From: Podarcis vaucheri
Taxonomy: Eukaryota
Assembly: GCA_965113315.1 (NCBI GenBank)
Contig: OZ220364.1
Strand: one strand, 5' to 3'
DNA: 64,000 nt
Shown here: positions 15,101 through 26,000 of the stretch, in pieces
Layout: every line of letters begins with the position of its first letter
Numbering within the stretch: the first letter of the stretch is position 1
Notes under the pieces: generated by a model
The model's database searches: none
Told to the model about the DNA's origin: nothing
Seen by the model: the letters and a program-made list of their open reading frames with translations, nothing else
Translations under genes and position numbers: made by a program

Positions 15101-15776
15101 ATTTCCAAACCTCATACTTCACTGTCAGAACCCTTCGGCCCAGAAACATGTAGTCAGGAATTTTTTCCCACCCCAGCTTAGAAGCCAAATAAAAGAAGTG
15201 GGGAAGAAAGGGGGGGGGGAGAGAGAGAGAGAGAGAGAGAGGAGAGAAAGGAGACAAGAGCGATTTGCCCAAGGTCACAAAGGAAGTAACTGGGCACTAC
15301 TGGGGCTCTCCCAGTCCTCATTTCCCCCCGTGTCGAGCCAAGGCTAACTGTAAACACGCTTGCTCTGAAGTCAGTCTCCCTGCAATACCCAGGTCTTCCT
15401 TCCGAGTAAACCCTGACTGTAACTGCGGTGGTTGAGCAGGCGAGGGACACGACGGTTTTACTTCCCGCTACGGGGCTTGACGCGCTCCTTGGGCGTTCCG
15501 CTGTCACCTCACGGGAAAGCAGAGTCCGCTTGGGGTGGGGGTGGGGGGGCCGCGACCTGAAGGCCCCACCAGAGCGCCAGAGGCAAAGCGACCCCCGACC
15601 TCGCTTCTCCAAAGACAGCCGCTTCCCTCAGGCCGTCGTCGCGCGCCCCCCCCTTCCCCAACCCCCCCTCTCGGTCCATGCCAGAGCGGCGCCCCCTCAC
15701 CGAGGTAAATGTCCCCGAAGGAGCCGCTCCCGATCTTCCGGCCAAGCCGGTACCGGTTCCCGACTCTCAACTCCAT
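3022..15776 (-). CDS. CSNK1D: Casein kinase I isoform delta, 3'-partial; coding exons 15701-15776, 9513-9623, 7581-7729, 5518-5746, 4176-4346, 3022-3170
   Basis: Spliced translation [40 protein letters not shown]...DWNMLKF (885 nt, 295 codons). All junctions are GT-AG and phase-consistent. TDIAAGEE and KIYKMMQGG indicate delta rather than epsilon. The C-terminal tail exons were not found in 1-3021. Confidence 0.96.
3500..3705 (+). mobile_element. Old tRNA-derived SINE (Squam3-related); similar copies at 28590-28740, 33115-33320 and 38296-38420
   Basis: Shared GGGTTCAAATC...GCCATGAAGCTCACTGGGTGACCTTGGGCCAGTCAC...CTCACAAGGTTGTTGTGAG body. Confidence 0.7.
4176..4346 (-). CDS. CSNK1D: CSNK1D coding exon 5 (171 nt)
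   Basis: [56 protein letters not shown]. Confidence 0.96.
5345..5410. repeat. Short palindromic repeat family (GCAATCCT...AAGTAAGTCCCACTGAATTCAATGGG); copies near 5970, 9300, 19850, 22950, 29100, 39550, 47835, 51260 and 53410
   Basis: Recurrent diverged 60-80 bp motif. Confidence 0.6.
5518..5746 (-). CDS. CSNK1D: CSNK1D coding exon 4 (229 nt)
   Basis: [27 protein letters not shown]...[10 protein letters not shown]...ASINTHLGI; contains the HRD and DFG motifs. Confidence 0.97.
7581..7729 (-). CDS. CSNK1D: CSNK1D coding exon 3 (149 nt)
   Basis: [49 protein letters not shown]. Confidence 0.96.
9513..9623 (-). CDS. CSNK1D: CSNK1D coding exon 2 (111 nt)
   Basis: [36 protein letters not shown]; AG/GT flanks. 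Confidence 0.96.
10675..11140. repeat. Inverted pair of L2-like 3' ends
   Basis: 10675-10745 is a diverged reverse complement of 11060-11140. Confidence 0.75.
11605..11816. mobile_element. Tc1/mariner-pogo MITE
   Basis: TA-CAGTCATACCTCG ... GATGTACCACTG-TA; CpG-rich interior. Confidence 0.8.
12765..12980. repeat. Dispersed MITE-like family with core CCCAAATCTG(C/T)TC(T/C)GGAGG; copies near 10215, 12770, 25690, 26000, 28900, 39660, 42895, 44140 and 46230
   Basis: Recurrent core and ATCCAA...TTGGAT-type inverted ends seen by eye. Confidence 0.6.
15211..15250. repeat. poly-G plus (GA)n microsatellite
   Basis: Direct reading. Confidence 0.9.
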
Positions 15777-16390
15777 CGCGGCGGCTCGGCAGGACCCGGA
15801 CCCAGTCGCGAGGGACCCTGACTCAGAGCAGGGCGACGCCAGAGACCATCGCGGCCCTTAGCCCCGCCTCTCGACGCCGGAGGGATTCGGGGGCGACAGC
15901 GCACCCCGGGTGGGGAGGATGGACGCAGATTCCCCGAGACCCGGATCCTCCCTCAGCGCAGCTAAGCCCCAGCCGCCATATTATGTGACCTCACTTCCTT
16001 GGCAACAGGGGGCGGAGCTTTGCGATGGAGGAGCATCCTCTTCTGAGGGGAAGCTGGGTCAGGGGGGGCCAGATTGTGAGGCCGCGCGCGCGCGAGCGAG
16101 GAAAGGGGTGGGGAGGGAGAGGGGCCGCGTCTCCATGGTAACCTCTGGGCGCGGGGCTTCCCCTCGACTCATTGGCCGCTTTCGCCCCGCGGTAGGGTTT
16201 GGACTTGGCCCCACCCGTGAGAACCGAGGCAGCTGCCACCCCATAACCAGGGCTCCGCTCACGGGCGGGTCCAGCAGCAGCTGGCTGCGCCCTAGTATTG
16301 TCAGAGATAATTGGGCTTATTCACACAAACTTTTCTATAGGCTTCTGAGGCTGGAATAGCACGAAGCATGGTTGCAATACCGTCACGTAG
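15420..16390 (-). promoter_or_regulatory. CpG-island promoter and 5' UTR of CSNK1D
   Basis: High GC and CpG density. YY1-like GCCGCCATATT 15972-15982, GC box 16008-16017, RFX X-box GTCTCCATGGTAAC 16129-16142, reverse CCAAT 16171-16175. Confidence 0.85.
15701..15776 (-). CDS. CSNK1D: CSNK1D coding exon 1 (76 nt)
   Basis: ATG in GCGATGG context; [25 protein letters not shown]; donor G|GTGAGG. Confidence 0.97.
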
Positions 16391-17524
16391 CCCCATAAAA
16401 AGATGGTGCCAAAGCACACCTGGGGTTTGTCAACCCTCAAGATCTGAAACGGTTTCCAATTGATTCGTGGATGGCAGTGTCCTTTCTTGAGGCGGGGCGG
16501 CTGGCAGTGAGAGAACTTGCGGAAATGTCATGAAATCATAAGGATGAAGGTGGTTCAAGGAAGGCTATTCTTGAGATGTAAAGCTGTTTCTTATCGTTTC
16601 CCCGCTTCAATTTGGGATTTGAGCTCAGGATTTGCACCCTCCCCCAGGATGTGGCTGAAAAACAGGCTTCACATTTGGGCTGAGTTGTCTTTAATATGGG
16701 CCGTTTCATGAATTCACTTCGTATTCATTTTATAGTGTTCTTACTCAAAGGCATGAATAGGAGGAGCCACGATGCATATGTTTTACACTGGATGTTTTGC
16801 AGCTGATAAGCATCAGTCTGACTTAATTATGGTGTTTGGTGTAACGTGAAGAAACAAACCTTAACTTTGCTCTTTTATATCTAACTTGAGCTCTTTGGAT
16901 TGCCAAGGTTAAGAATGTATTCATCAGTCTGCTTTGTGTAGTCCACAAAATTGTGTGCCCTAACAGATTTGTCTCTTGAGGTGCCACTAGACTCTTTAGT
17001 TTCTTATGAAAGTTGACATTCAACATCATTTAATACAAGATGACATAATTTTAGGTTCTCTTTAGAATGGACATAGTGAAAATATCATGTGGATCCAGAA
17101 TTTTGGGAAGTCTTAGTGGACACTTTTTATATATAAAATGCCGAAATGTATTTATAACCATAGTGTGTTAGGCACAGTACTTGATTCCTACTCTTTAAGA
17201 TGGTAGGAAGAAGAAAACTGTGTGTTATCACTTTACACATAAAACATTAGAAAAGTAAAGTATTTACCAATGAGTCTGAAAAGTGCTGGTCAGAGTCTTA
17301 AATGATCTGAGGCATGAGTATCTACAGGAGGATTCCCCCAAAAAACATTTCATAGTTAACCCATATTATGAAAGGTTGTTGTCAAGATAAAAATACTGCA
17401 ATAAATTGTTTTATCCAAGAACCACTATTTGAAATCACTAGCACTGTGTCTTTCAGTTAAGGTGTGGTATGTAGGGCAGTGTGGGAGAATTATGAACATA
17501 TTTTGCATTGTCTGACTTCCATAG

Positions 17525-18409
17525 ATGGGGGCAACTCCCATCTCTTGCGGGGGTGCAATTAGTGCCAGCACCGTCCGTTAAGAGTTTGGGTGTAATCTTC
17601 GACACCTCCCTTTCCATGGAGGCGCAGATTGCAGCTATAACAAAGGCGGCATTTTTCCATCTCCGCCAAGCTAAGCAGTTGGCTCCTTACCTCTCTCGCC
17701 CTGACCTAGCCACTGTGATCCACGCGACGGTCACCTCCAGACTGGATTATTGTAACTCGCTCTACGTGGGGCTGCCCTTGAGACTGACCCAGAAACTCCA
17801 GCGGGTGCAGAATGCTGCAGCGAGACTCCTTACGAGGTCTTCGCTGCGAGATCCCATTCACCCGGTGCTATACCAGCTGCACTGGCTCCCGGTGGAGTAC
17901 AGGATCAGGTTTAAGGTGCTGGTTTTAACCTTTAAAGCCCTATATGGCCTAGGACCCTCGTACCTACGGGACCGCCTCTCCTGGTATGCCCCACAGAGAA
18001 ACCTACGGTCTTCAAATAAAAACATCTTGAAGGTCCCAGGCCACAGAGAAGTTAGGCTGGCCTCAACTAGAGCCAGGGCTTTTTCGGCTGTGGCTCCGAT
18101 CTGGTGGAACACTCTGTCACAAGAGACCAGGGCCCTGCGGGATTTGACATCCTTCCGCAGGGCCTGCAAGACAGAGCTGTTCCACCAGGCCTTTGGCCAG
18201 GGCACAGCCTGACTCCCTCCCTCGGCAATCTTCGCAGAGCTCTGGCCCAATGGTTGCTAGTGGCTTGAATTAATTAATTTTTATAATGAATGATTTTAGA
18301 ATGTTGTTTATGTTGTACTTTTGTACTGTTTTATTGTTGTTAGCCGCCCTGAGCCCGGCTTCGGCTGAGGAGGGCGGGATATAAATAAAAAATTATTATT
18401 ATTATTTAT
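17525..18409 (+). mobile_element. 5'-truncated young L2-clade LINE (C-terminal end of ORF2 plus 3' UTR)
   Basis: Uninterrupted ORF to 18212 (SLGVIFD...FFHLR...VTSRLDYCNSL...LHWLPV...RAFS...W N L P-type end), CpGs retained, 3' stem-loop and (ATT)n tail. Confidence 0.9.
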
Positions 18410-19337
18410 TATAGCGATTGGTTTGGGAAAGTCAAATGATGGGGGTAAAGTGACCAAATATACTATTTGATATACAGTGTTTTTAAAGTGCTGGTTTGTC
18501 TTTCGAATGCTTTAAAATGAAAGCAAACGATAAGAAATTAAGTATCCACCAGTGACCACTTGGGGTCAGTATTACACTACTGTTATTGAGCTTGAAACTA
18601 GATGCCTTCCAATGCCCACTTGGTGCAAAATATTCCCACAGCTCTGATTAAACTCAAGGTTATGTAACCCATGAAGGAGAGAAAGTAGTCAAATATGTAA
18701 GATTCTAGTACTCGGAGGTATGCTACTTCTAAAGACAGAAGTCCCTCTTAGTTACCATATGTAACAGGCACTACTAGACCTATTCCCAATGAAGATGTCC
18801 AACTTAGCAGCTCTAGCAGCACTTCCATAAGCATGCACTGTGAAATGGTATTTACCTTCTTCCCACCATTCAAACATGTAACCCACCCATTTAGGTACAT
18901 TTCATCAAAAACCAAGTGCTTCAGACTATTGAGGGTGGGTGGATTACATGCTTGAATGTTCAATTTTAGTGCATCCTTTAAGGCTGTCCTACATAATTTC
19001 TCTGCATGTGTGGATTAGCCCCTACTTTCATGCAATATGTTCTCTTAAATAACACTGGTGATGTTATGGAGAAATATTAGAGACGAGTTTCTGCCAAGTT
19101 ATTCAAAAAGCTATGTATTGCTACAAATGCACATACATATAAATACATCAAGGCAATGAAGAAAAGTTAATCCACTTTCTTAAAGTCACAGGGTACACCA
19201 TCTGTAGAGAGAAGAGTATGAAGAGCAAGTCAGCAAATGTTCAAGAAAAAGGCTGCATCCTCCAAAAAGCCAATTAATGCATAAGAATATGAACAGTTAT
19301 ATTAGCAAGGATTTAAGCAATGAATAGCACTAGACTA

Positions 19338-19674
19338 TGGAGCTGTGAGTTAAACAACTGAGCCTGGGGCTTGCTGATCAGAAGGTCGGCGGTTCGAATT
19401 CCTGTGATGGGGTGAGCTCCCATTGCTCGGTCCCTGCTCCTGCCAACCTAGCAGTTCGAAAGCACGTCAAGTGCAAGTAGATAAATAGGTACCGCTCTGG
19501 CGGGAAGGTAAACAATGTTTCCGTGCATTGCTCTGGTTCACCAGAAGCGGCTTGGTCATGCTGGCGACATGACCCAGAAGCTGTACGCCAGCTCCCTTCG
19601 CCAGTAAAGTGAGATGAGACCCGCAACCCCAGAGTCGTCCGTGACTGGACCTAACTGTCAGGGGTCCCTTTACC
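19338..19674 (+). mobile_element. Sauria (Squam1) SINE
   Basis: B-box GGTTCGAAT, body GTGCAAGTAGATAAATAGGTACCGC, tail GGGGTCCCTTTACCT; 13-bp TSD TAGCACT(A/G)GACTA. Confidence 0.9.
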
Positions 19675-20072
19675 TAGCACTGGACTAAATGTCCAGTGAA
19701 ACCAAGTAAGATTTACATTTGTTTTAATTTTTATTGTTAATTGTAAACTGTGATTTCAGTGTTATCGATTGCTACGCTGGGACCCTTGCAGGAAGGGCAG
19801 ACTACAAATACTTGTACTACAAATGCATGTGCTGTTGTGTAGCATAATTCAGTGCATACATTCTCAAAAGGAAAGCCCACTTAGTTCAGTGTGCTTTATT
19901 CCAAATAAGTGCACACACTTCACTAACCATTAAAATTCAATACAAAACTGCAATGAACTGAATTTCTTTCTGACTCTGAAATTGTAACAAGGAAATTTAA
20001 ACTATATTGCCCACAATTCTCCAGCAGCATTTCTACTTCAGTTGATAATTACCTCAATCTAAAGTCATCAGT

Positions 20073-20097
20073 TTAGAAATCTGAGTAGTGTTTCAAC
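20073..20097 (-). CDS. UTP18: UTP18 coding exon 13 (stop-containing)
   Basis: Acceptor ttttaactttgcag|G, then LKHYSDF*. Confidence 0.92.
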
Positions 20098-23000
20098 CTG
20101 CAAAGTTAAAACAGAGTTAATATGCAATAGTTTGAGATATTCCCAACTACAAGACCACAAAGTACCCTGCTTTAGCTTTCTAAATTATACCACAGTGGTT
20201 CTAATATTTTATGGCAATGTTTTCATCTAACATCAACATATCAGGGTACAGAGTAGCAAAGTATGTTTTTAAAAGAGACAAGGGAAATAAGAATGTGCAA
20301 GAAAATTCAAATTGTGCCTAGGTCAGTTAAATTATAAAAACCTGTTTTATTATTATTAGGTATCAAAGGCAATATTCATCTAAGCTATACTAAGACTAGT
20401 TACTCTGAGTATGACTAACATTAATACTGCCCACAGTCAATAATATAACACAAATCTGAAGAAATCTAAGAGTTAAGTATCACTAATTGCAGTAGCATGA
20501 TTTAATACGTACCTGTACAATAAAGCTCTGCCTTTGTTATTTGCTATGGAAAAATATCCACTTCTGGGTGAGAAGTCCATGGAGTTAGCCAAGTATATTA
20601 ACTTTTTTTTGAACACCGGAAAATTTGGGAATACAGTAAATGAAGGAATGTGCACCTGCGAAGGAGAGTGGAACAAGGTAATGAAACAGAGGGGCTGGGT
20701 TAGTGAAAGCATACTTCACTGTCATACATAAAATAATTAATAATAATATTTTTTATACCCCACCCTCCCCAGCCAAAACAGGGCTCGGAGCGGCTAACAT
20801 GAAAATAAACCTTCAAACATTAATTTTTACAGTTACTTTCAAGACAATAACTCTGAACCCAACACTTTATCTTAAGCAAAGGCTTGTGCACAACTAGCAG
20901 GATTTTCTAACCCTTTCCCCTGCATCTGTCCATTTACAAGCTACTTTAGAAATTCCCTGAGTTTTGGTACAGAGGATCTCCCAGGATGGGGGGCTGGAGG
21001 AAGAGGGGGAAACTCCCAGGTGAGACCTGGGAGGGTTCACTCTTCTGTGTGGAATAAAGGTTAAGAGATTGGTATTTTATTCTCTTTCACTTCTTCTTTC
21101 TTTTCTTTTCCTTTTTTCCTACTTTTCTTCTCTAGATTAGTTTGGCTTTAAGAAAAGTATTAATAAAAAGTGATTATAAAAAAGAAAATTTCCTGTCCAG
21201 GATCTTTCTAACTACAGATTTTGCATATACAGTTACAATTAAAACTACATGGGCTGATCCTCACACCTTGTGGGCTGCCTGTTCCTGCACTTGCAGGATA
21301 TGAACCACATGTTTCCACCAGCTGTGTGACATCTAGGTTTTTCTGGAGCTAAACCCCACTTTTCGCCTAAATGGTAGCAATGTGAAAAGCTTTTCTAATA
21401 TGATAAAATGGATGTTTTGGGGTTCTCTCATTTCCCCCTGTTCCAAAACAGAAATTGGCAGACTGTGTGCACCTGGTGAAAAGGAAAAGGTTTCCCCATA
21501 TAAAGCTCCTAAAATGAGAAATGTTTGCCTCAAACCATAAAGTATAGGCATTTCTGTCTTTCTGTTGTCGTATTTTTGGTAATTTCCCAGAAGACTTATT
21601 CAAACTCAATACATTCTCACGATCCAAGAACCACGCAACGTGTGTGTCTGTTCTATGTATGTGAAAATGCTTGCAGCTTGCAATTACTTGAGCAACTAGG
21701 ATGTCACAGAATGTTCAGACATGCAAAGTGCTCAAGGTGAAGTGGTCAGCAACCGAATGCTGACAAATAACAAAACTTCTGTAAAGGAAAATGATAATCA
21801 CGAGCAGGAGAAAAATTCTCCGGTAAGCGACCTAGTTATAATAGTTATAAGAGGAACTGTTTTTTGTTTGTTTTGCTGAATTAAGGCCAGGAGAGGTGGA
21901 CAGGGGATCTCTGTAGGCATGGGAATCCAAGGCTGGGATGCTGAGGAGGACCTTAGGAGCTGAAAAGAACAAGCAGGAAAACTCCAGCTTAAATTGAATC
22001 GAATTAATACTTAGCCATTGAATTAAACTTAGGAGAAATTCTTACCAGCTTTACCGCCTCATCTACTTTATTAGAAGCAATTGCCAATATTTCAGTGGTG
22101 GGACTGAAGGATAACGATGTTGCAGGTGTGACCAAGTTCATTATAGCTTTAAGAGGCTTAGGACTAGTTTCTCTGAGACAGTCATCCTGAGCATACACAT
22201 TCACAACTCCAGAACTAGAACTAAAAAAAAAAGAGTTTGTGGTTTATAAAATCCTTAAACCAGAATTAAATTAACTCAGCAATTTATATTCATGATCCTA
22301 TGTTTCTCCAGCAGTACCAAGCGTCATTTACTATCAGCTATACTGAGGAAATGTTCATGCGTAACTATAGTAAAATCTTATTCATGTAAGTAAAAAGAGT
22401 GCATTTTTTTTACTACGTTCATGCTTATGGTAAGTTTGTAGAAGGGAGGCTCCATCTACAGAAAGAGGTTTGACAGCTACAGCCATTCCTAGACTGGGAA
22501 AGCCTTGCCACAGTAGTTCATGCATGAAGTGATTTCAAGTAGATTACTCCAATGCACTCTATGTGGGGCTTTCCTTCTGCTTGCTCTGGAAGCTGCAGTT
22601 AGTGCAGAATGCTGCAGCACAATTGCTGACTCCTACATATGCTGCAAGAAGCTCACCTGTATCTTAGGGGGAGCAATTAGCCACGGCCATTTTTCAATCA
22701 AGGCAAGCAACACGGCAGCTCTACAGAATTTAAGGGCAAAAAGCTGCTCAATATGTATCAACCACGGACTAAAAATAAGATATTTCTGAAGACTACTTTG
22801 ATAAAGCCTGGAACTTGATCTAAAAAGCATTTGCAATGTGTTTATCTGTCATACTGGCAAGTTATTTTGTTACCATATATAAAGATACACCACTAAATTA
22901 TTTGTCGATTTTGCCCTCTGAATTTGGCCTCTTATAGCACATTACAAAGAATGTTTACTCAGAAGTAAGTCCCACTGAAATCAAGTGGATTTAATAAGCT

Positions 23001-26000
23001 GAGAGCTGTAACATTAGTAACGCATGTCTAAACCCATAACTATCTGACAACTCCAGTGTCTTTGAAGTAGAGACCCTTCCAGCATGATCCAAGAAATAAA
23101 ATATCTTAAAATATTGGCTCTGCTTCCACTTACCCACATGCCACATACTGGTTGTTTTTGGAGACTGCAATAGATGTACCACACATACAACCTTCGTCAT
23201 AAAATCTGTTTAGGCATCGTCTGCTTTTTACATCCCATACAAAAACTTCACCCTGAACTGACAGACAGAGAGACAAATAGGGAATTTTTAAGAGGAAGTA
23301 ATATATGACATCAAAATACTGGATTTAAAAGGGGGGGGACCTCTGCTAAACTATGAACAACTGAAGAGCACAGCAAGGAATAACTCCATACACTACTCAA
23401 AGATTATAACTATTATATAGTGAGTTTCTATTTAATAGGTACTCACATGCATACATCATAAGAAGTAAAAGGCACAACTGTTTCATGGTTTCTGGGGAGG
23501 TTGTATCGGGTCACAAATTCCAGTTTCAACTTAAGGCATCTTGCTATGAGTGCTTTCTAATCAGAAAATGACCCTATGACGATTACTACTGTAACAGCTG
23601 CAACAGAGGCTATACAAAGTTCTCCTTTCACTAAAAAATGCACACCTTCATACAGTGATGCCACATCTTATCTGACTTACCAGAATGCGTGTAGATTTTG
23701 CTGCTATCTGGAGAGAAAGATGATTCCAAAGACTTCCCATTTATTTTCATGCTCCCAATAAGCTCTTTTGTCTAAAATAGAAAAGCAATTGCTGATCAAC
23801 ACAAGTAGTCACAATATCATAAAGTGAAAGAGTCTGGTCTCATGAGAGGAATGTCATCATACAGTCATCATAAAAAGGAGGGGAAGAAAACTTGTAGGGT
23901 GCACGCAAATAAATATTGGCTGAATGTGTTTTCATATATATATTTCTTAGTACACCACTGTGTTCCCTAATATGGTGCTCTGTTGCCCTATTTCCCTCCT
24001 GTTATTTATGGCTTTCTTCCTTTGGTTTATCTTTTTCCTTCTACAGTCTCCACCACACACTGACTTATACATTTACAGTATTCAGATGACTTGTTTAATA
24101 AGAGACACTTACAACACAAAACTCTAAAGATAATCAACCACTTAACTATTAGCCACCACTATTTGGATTTAACAAAATCAAAGTCAAGAAATCCACACCA
24201 TCCCTGTGACCTGTCTGCTGAAATGGCTACTGCTGAGCAGCACAGAAGTCCTGCATGAAGCATAAGACTGCAAAATGCTATGTGGTTCGTATTTGCCATA
24301 TTAGTATTAAAATGTATTTTTAGTATGAACTCTAGCTGATACAACTTCTCTGCTGGTAGAATTGTGTTGCTGTTTGAACTTAAAATGCTCATTTTCAGAA
24401 ACAAATGCAGATTTTACCTTCATTGTCAACAAATGCAGATAGCCTGATGTTCCATTAAGGAGCAGGAATCTTCCATCTGGTGATACTTCAAAATTTTTGA
24501 TAAACTTCTCCTCTAAACCTTAAGTCCAAAAAAACAATATGTGTTATATAGTTCCAGCACATATATATATAGGAGCTAATTGCCAAAGCTAACTATTAGC
24601 TTATAAATTATGGTTTGGTTAATCTGGGTGCTTATTTATAAAGAATAATAGAACGTTATTTCCTTGAATGTTTATTCTTTTTCTTATAGATGCCATTGTT
24701 CCAAAGACATGGAAGAACACTGGGCACTAGTTCTACCGCCATGTGACACAGTAAGAAGGAATTTAATTAGAAATCTTTTATGTCTAATTCAGAAAAAATA
24801 AAATTATATTTGAGCATTATTCGAATCTACTTAAAATTCAGTGTGTAGAAAAATATAAGCAAGCAGTGAAACCTCACCTCTGATATGGGTTATAGGAATA
24901 ATTTTCCCAGCCATCATGTCGTATATATAGAACCGCTTGTTGTGTATACTAGTTGCAATAACTTGCTCTCCATCTGCACTAAAACGTGCCTTGTACACTG
25001 GAAAGCCTTCCAGATGAATGCTCTGTATCTTTGGATTAGCGATGCCATCCACCTTTAAAGAGAAAAAGATGCATTCATTTTTCACCTCAGAATGGGCAAT
25101 ATTTAAGAGGATTTCTAAAATACAAATGTAATGACTAGCGAATGTCAGTTTGTCTTGAATTTAAATTCCTTGATTTGACGGCAACCCAGAGTCCTACAGA
25201 AACATTGGGCTGCTTCTGCCTGCTACTGCACCATATGGAGCTCCACCATAACAAGGAAACCCTTCAGCTTCTATGCAAACAATGGGGATGACCCACTTGC
25301 TTCCATGCACTTTTGACTGTTTCCAGTCTTTAAAGTTTGGTATTTTAACCCCACCCCACCCAACCACCACATAGGTGTCTAAAGTATGTCTCAGCCAATC
25401 AGTTCCTATAAAATAGTATACAAGAACATAGAACAGAAACAATTGCATTATATATAAGGTAATTATTCCTCACCTGGAACAGTGAAACAGACCGATCAAG
25501 CCCAGCAGTCATAATAACTTGAGCAGAAGGATGGAACTGCACAGTTGTCAGTTTTGCATCTGACAGACGTTCACTATTAGCAAACTTGCAGTTTTTCATC
25601 TAAAATGCAGAAGAGGAACATGTTATGAAACTGCATAACCACTAAGTACGTATAGAAAAGAAAAATCTACGCACTCATGACAGTATCCAACACTGCACAA
25701 GCAGCACTAGGCTACCCAAATAAGACCTCCCCTTCTGCTCCTCCCTGAATACCCCCACAGGGTCCTTCAACTGTCTGGAGCAGATTTTGAGGGTGGGTGT
25801 GAGGCTTCAGGACAGAGAAGAAGGTTCAAGTGTGCAAACAGAAATCTTCTGCCCAAGTGAAACAGCAGCTTTGGACACAACCCTATGTCTGCACTACTGA
25901 AATATATTTCAGCAAATTTGCTACCAATTCTGTCCTAAGATACATTCAGTGTTCTAGGCAGTTTTCCATTTCCTAGTTTAGAGATGTATTCAACTCTGTG

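Noticed and set aside
3022-15776. Assignment as CSNK1E
   Set aside because: The diagnostic residues [16 protein letters not shown] and EFATY fit delta.
15178-16359. Long overlapping ORFs in the CpG islands (also 30310-32258)
   Set aside because: GC-rich sequence is depleted in stop codons; the translations are low-complexity and unrecognisable.
17508-18212. 234-aa ORF as a host gene
   Set aside because: It is the truncated C-terminal end of an L2 ORF2 and has no true ATG start.
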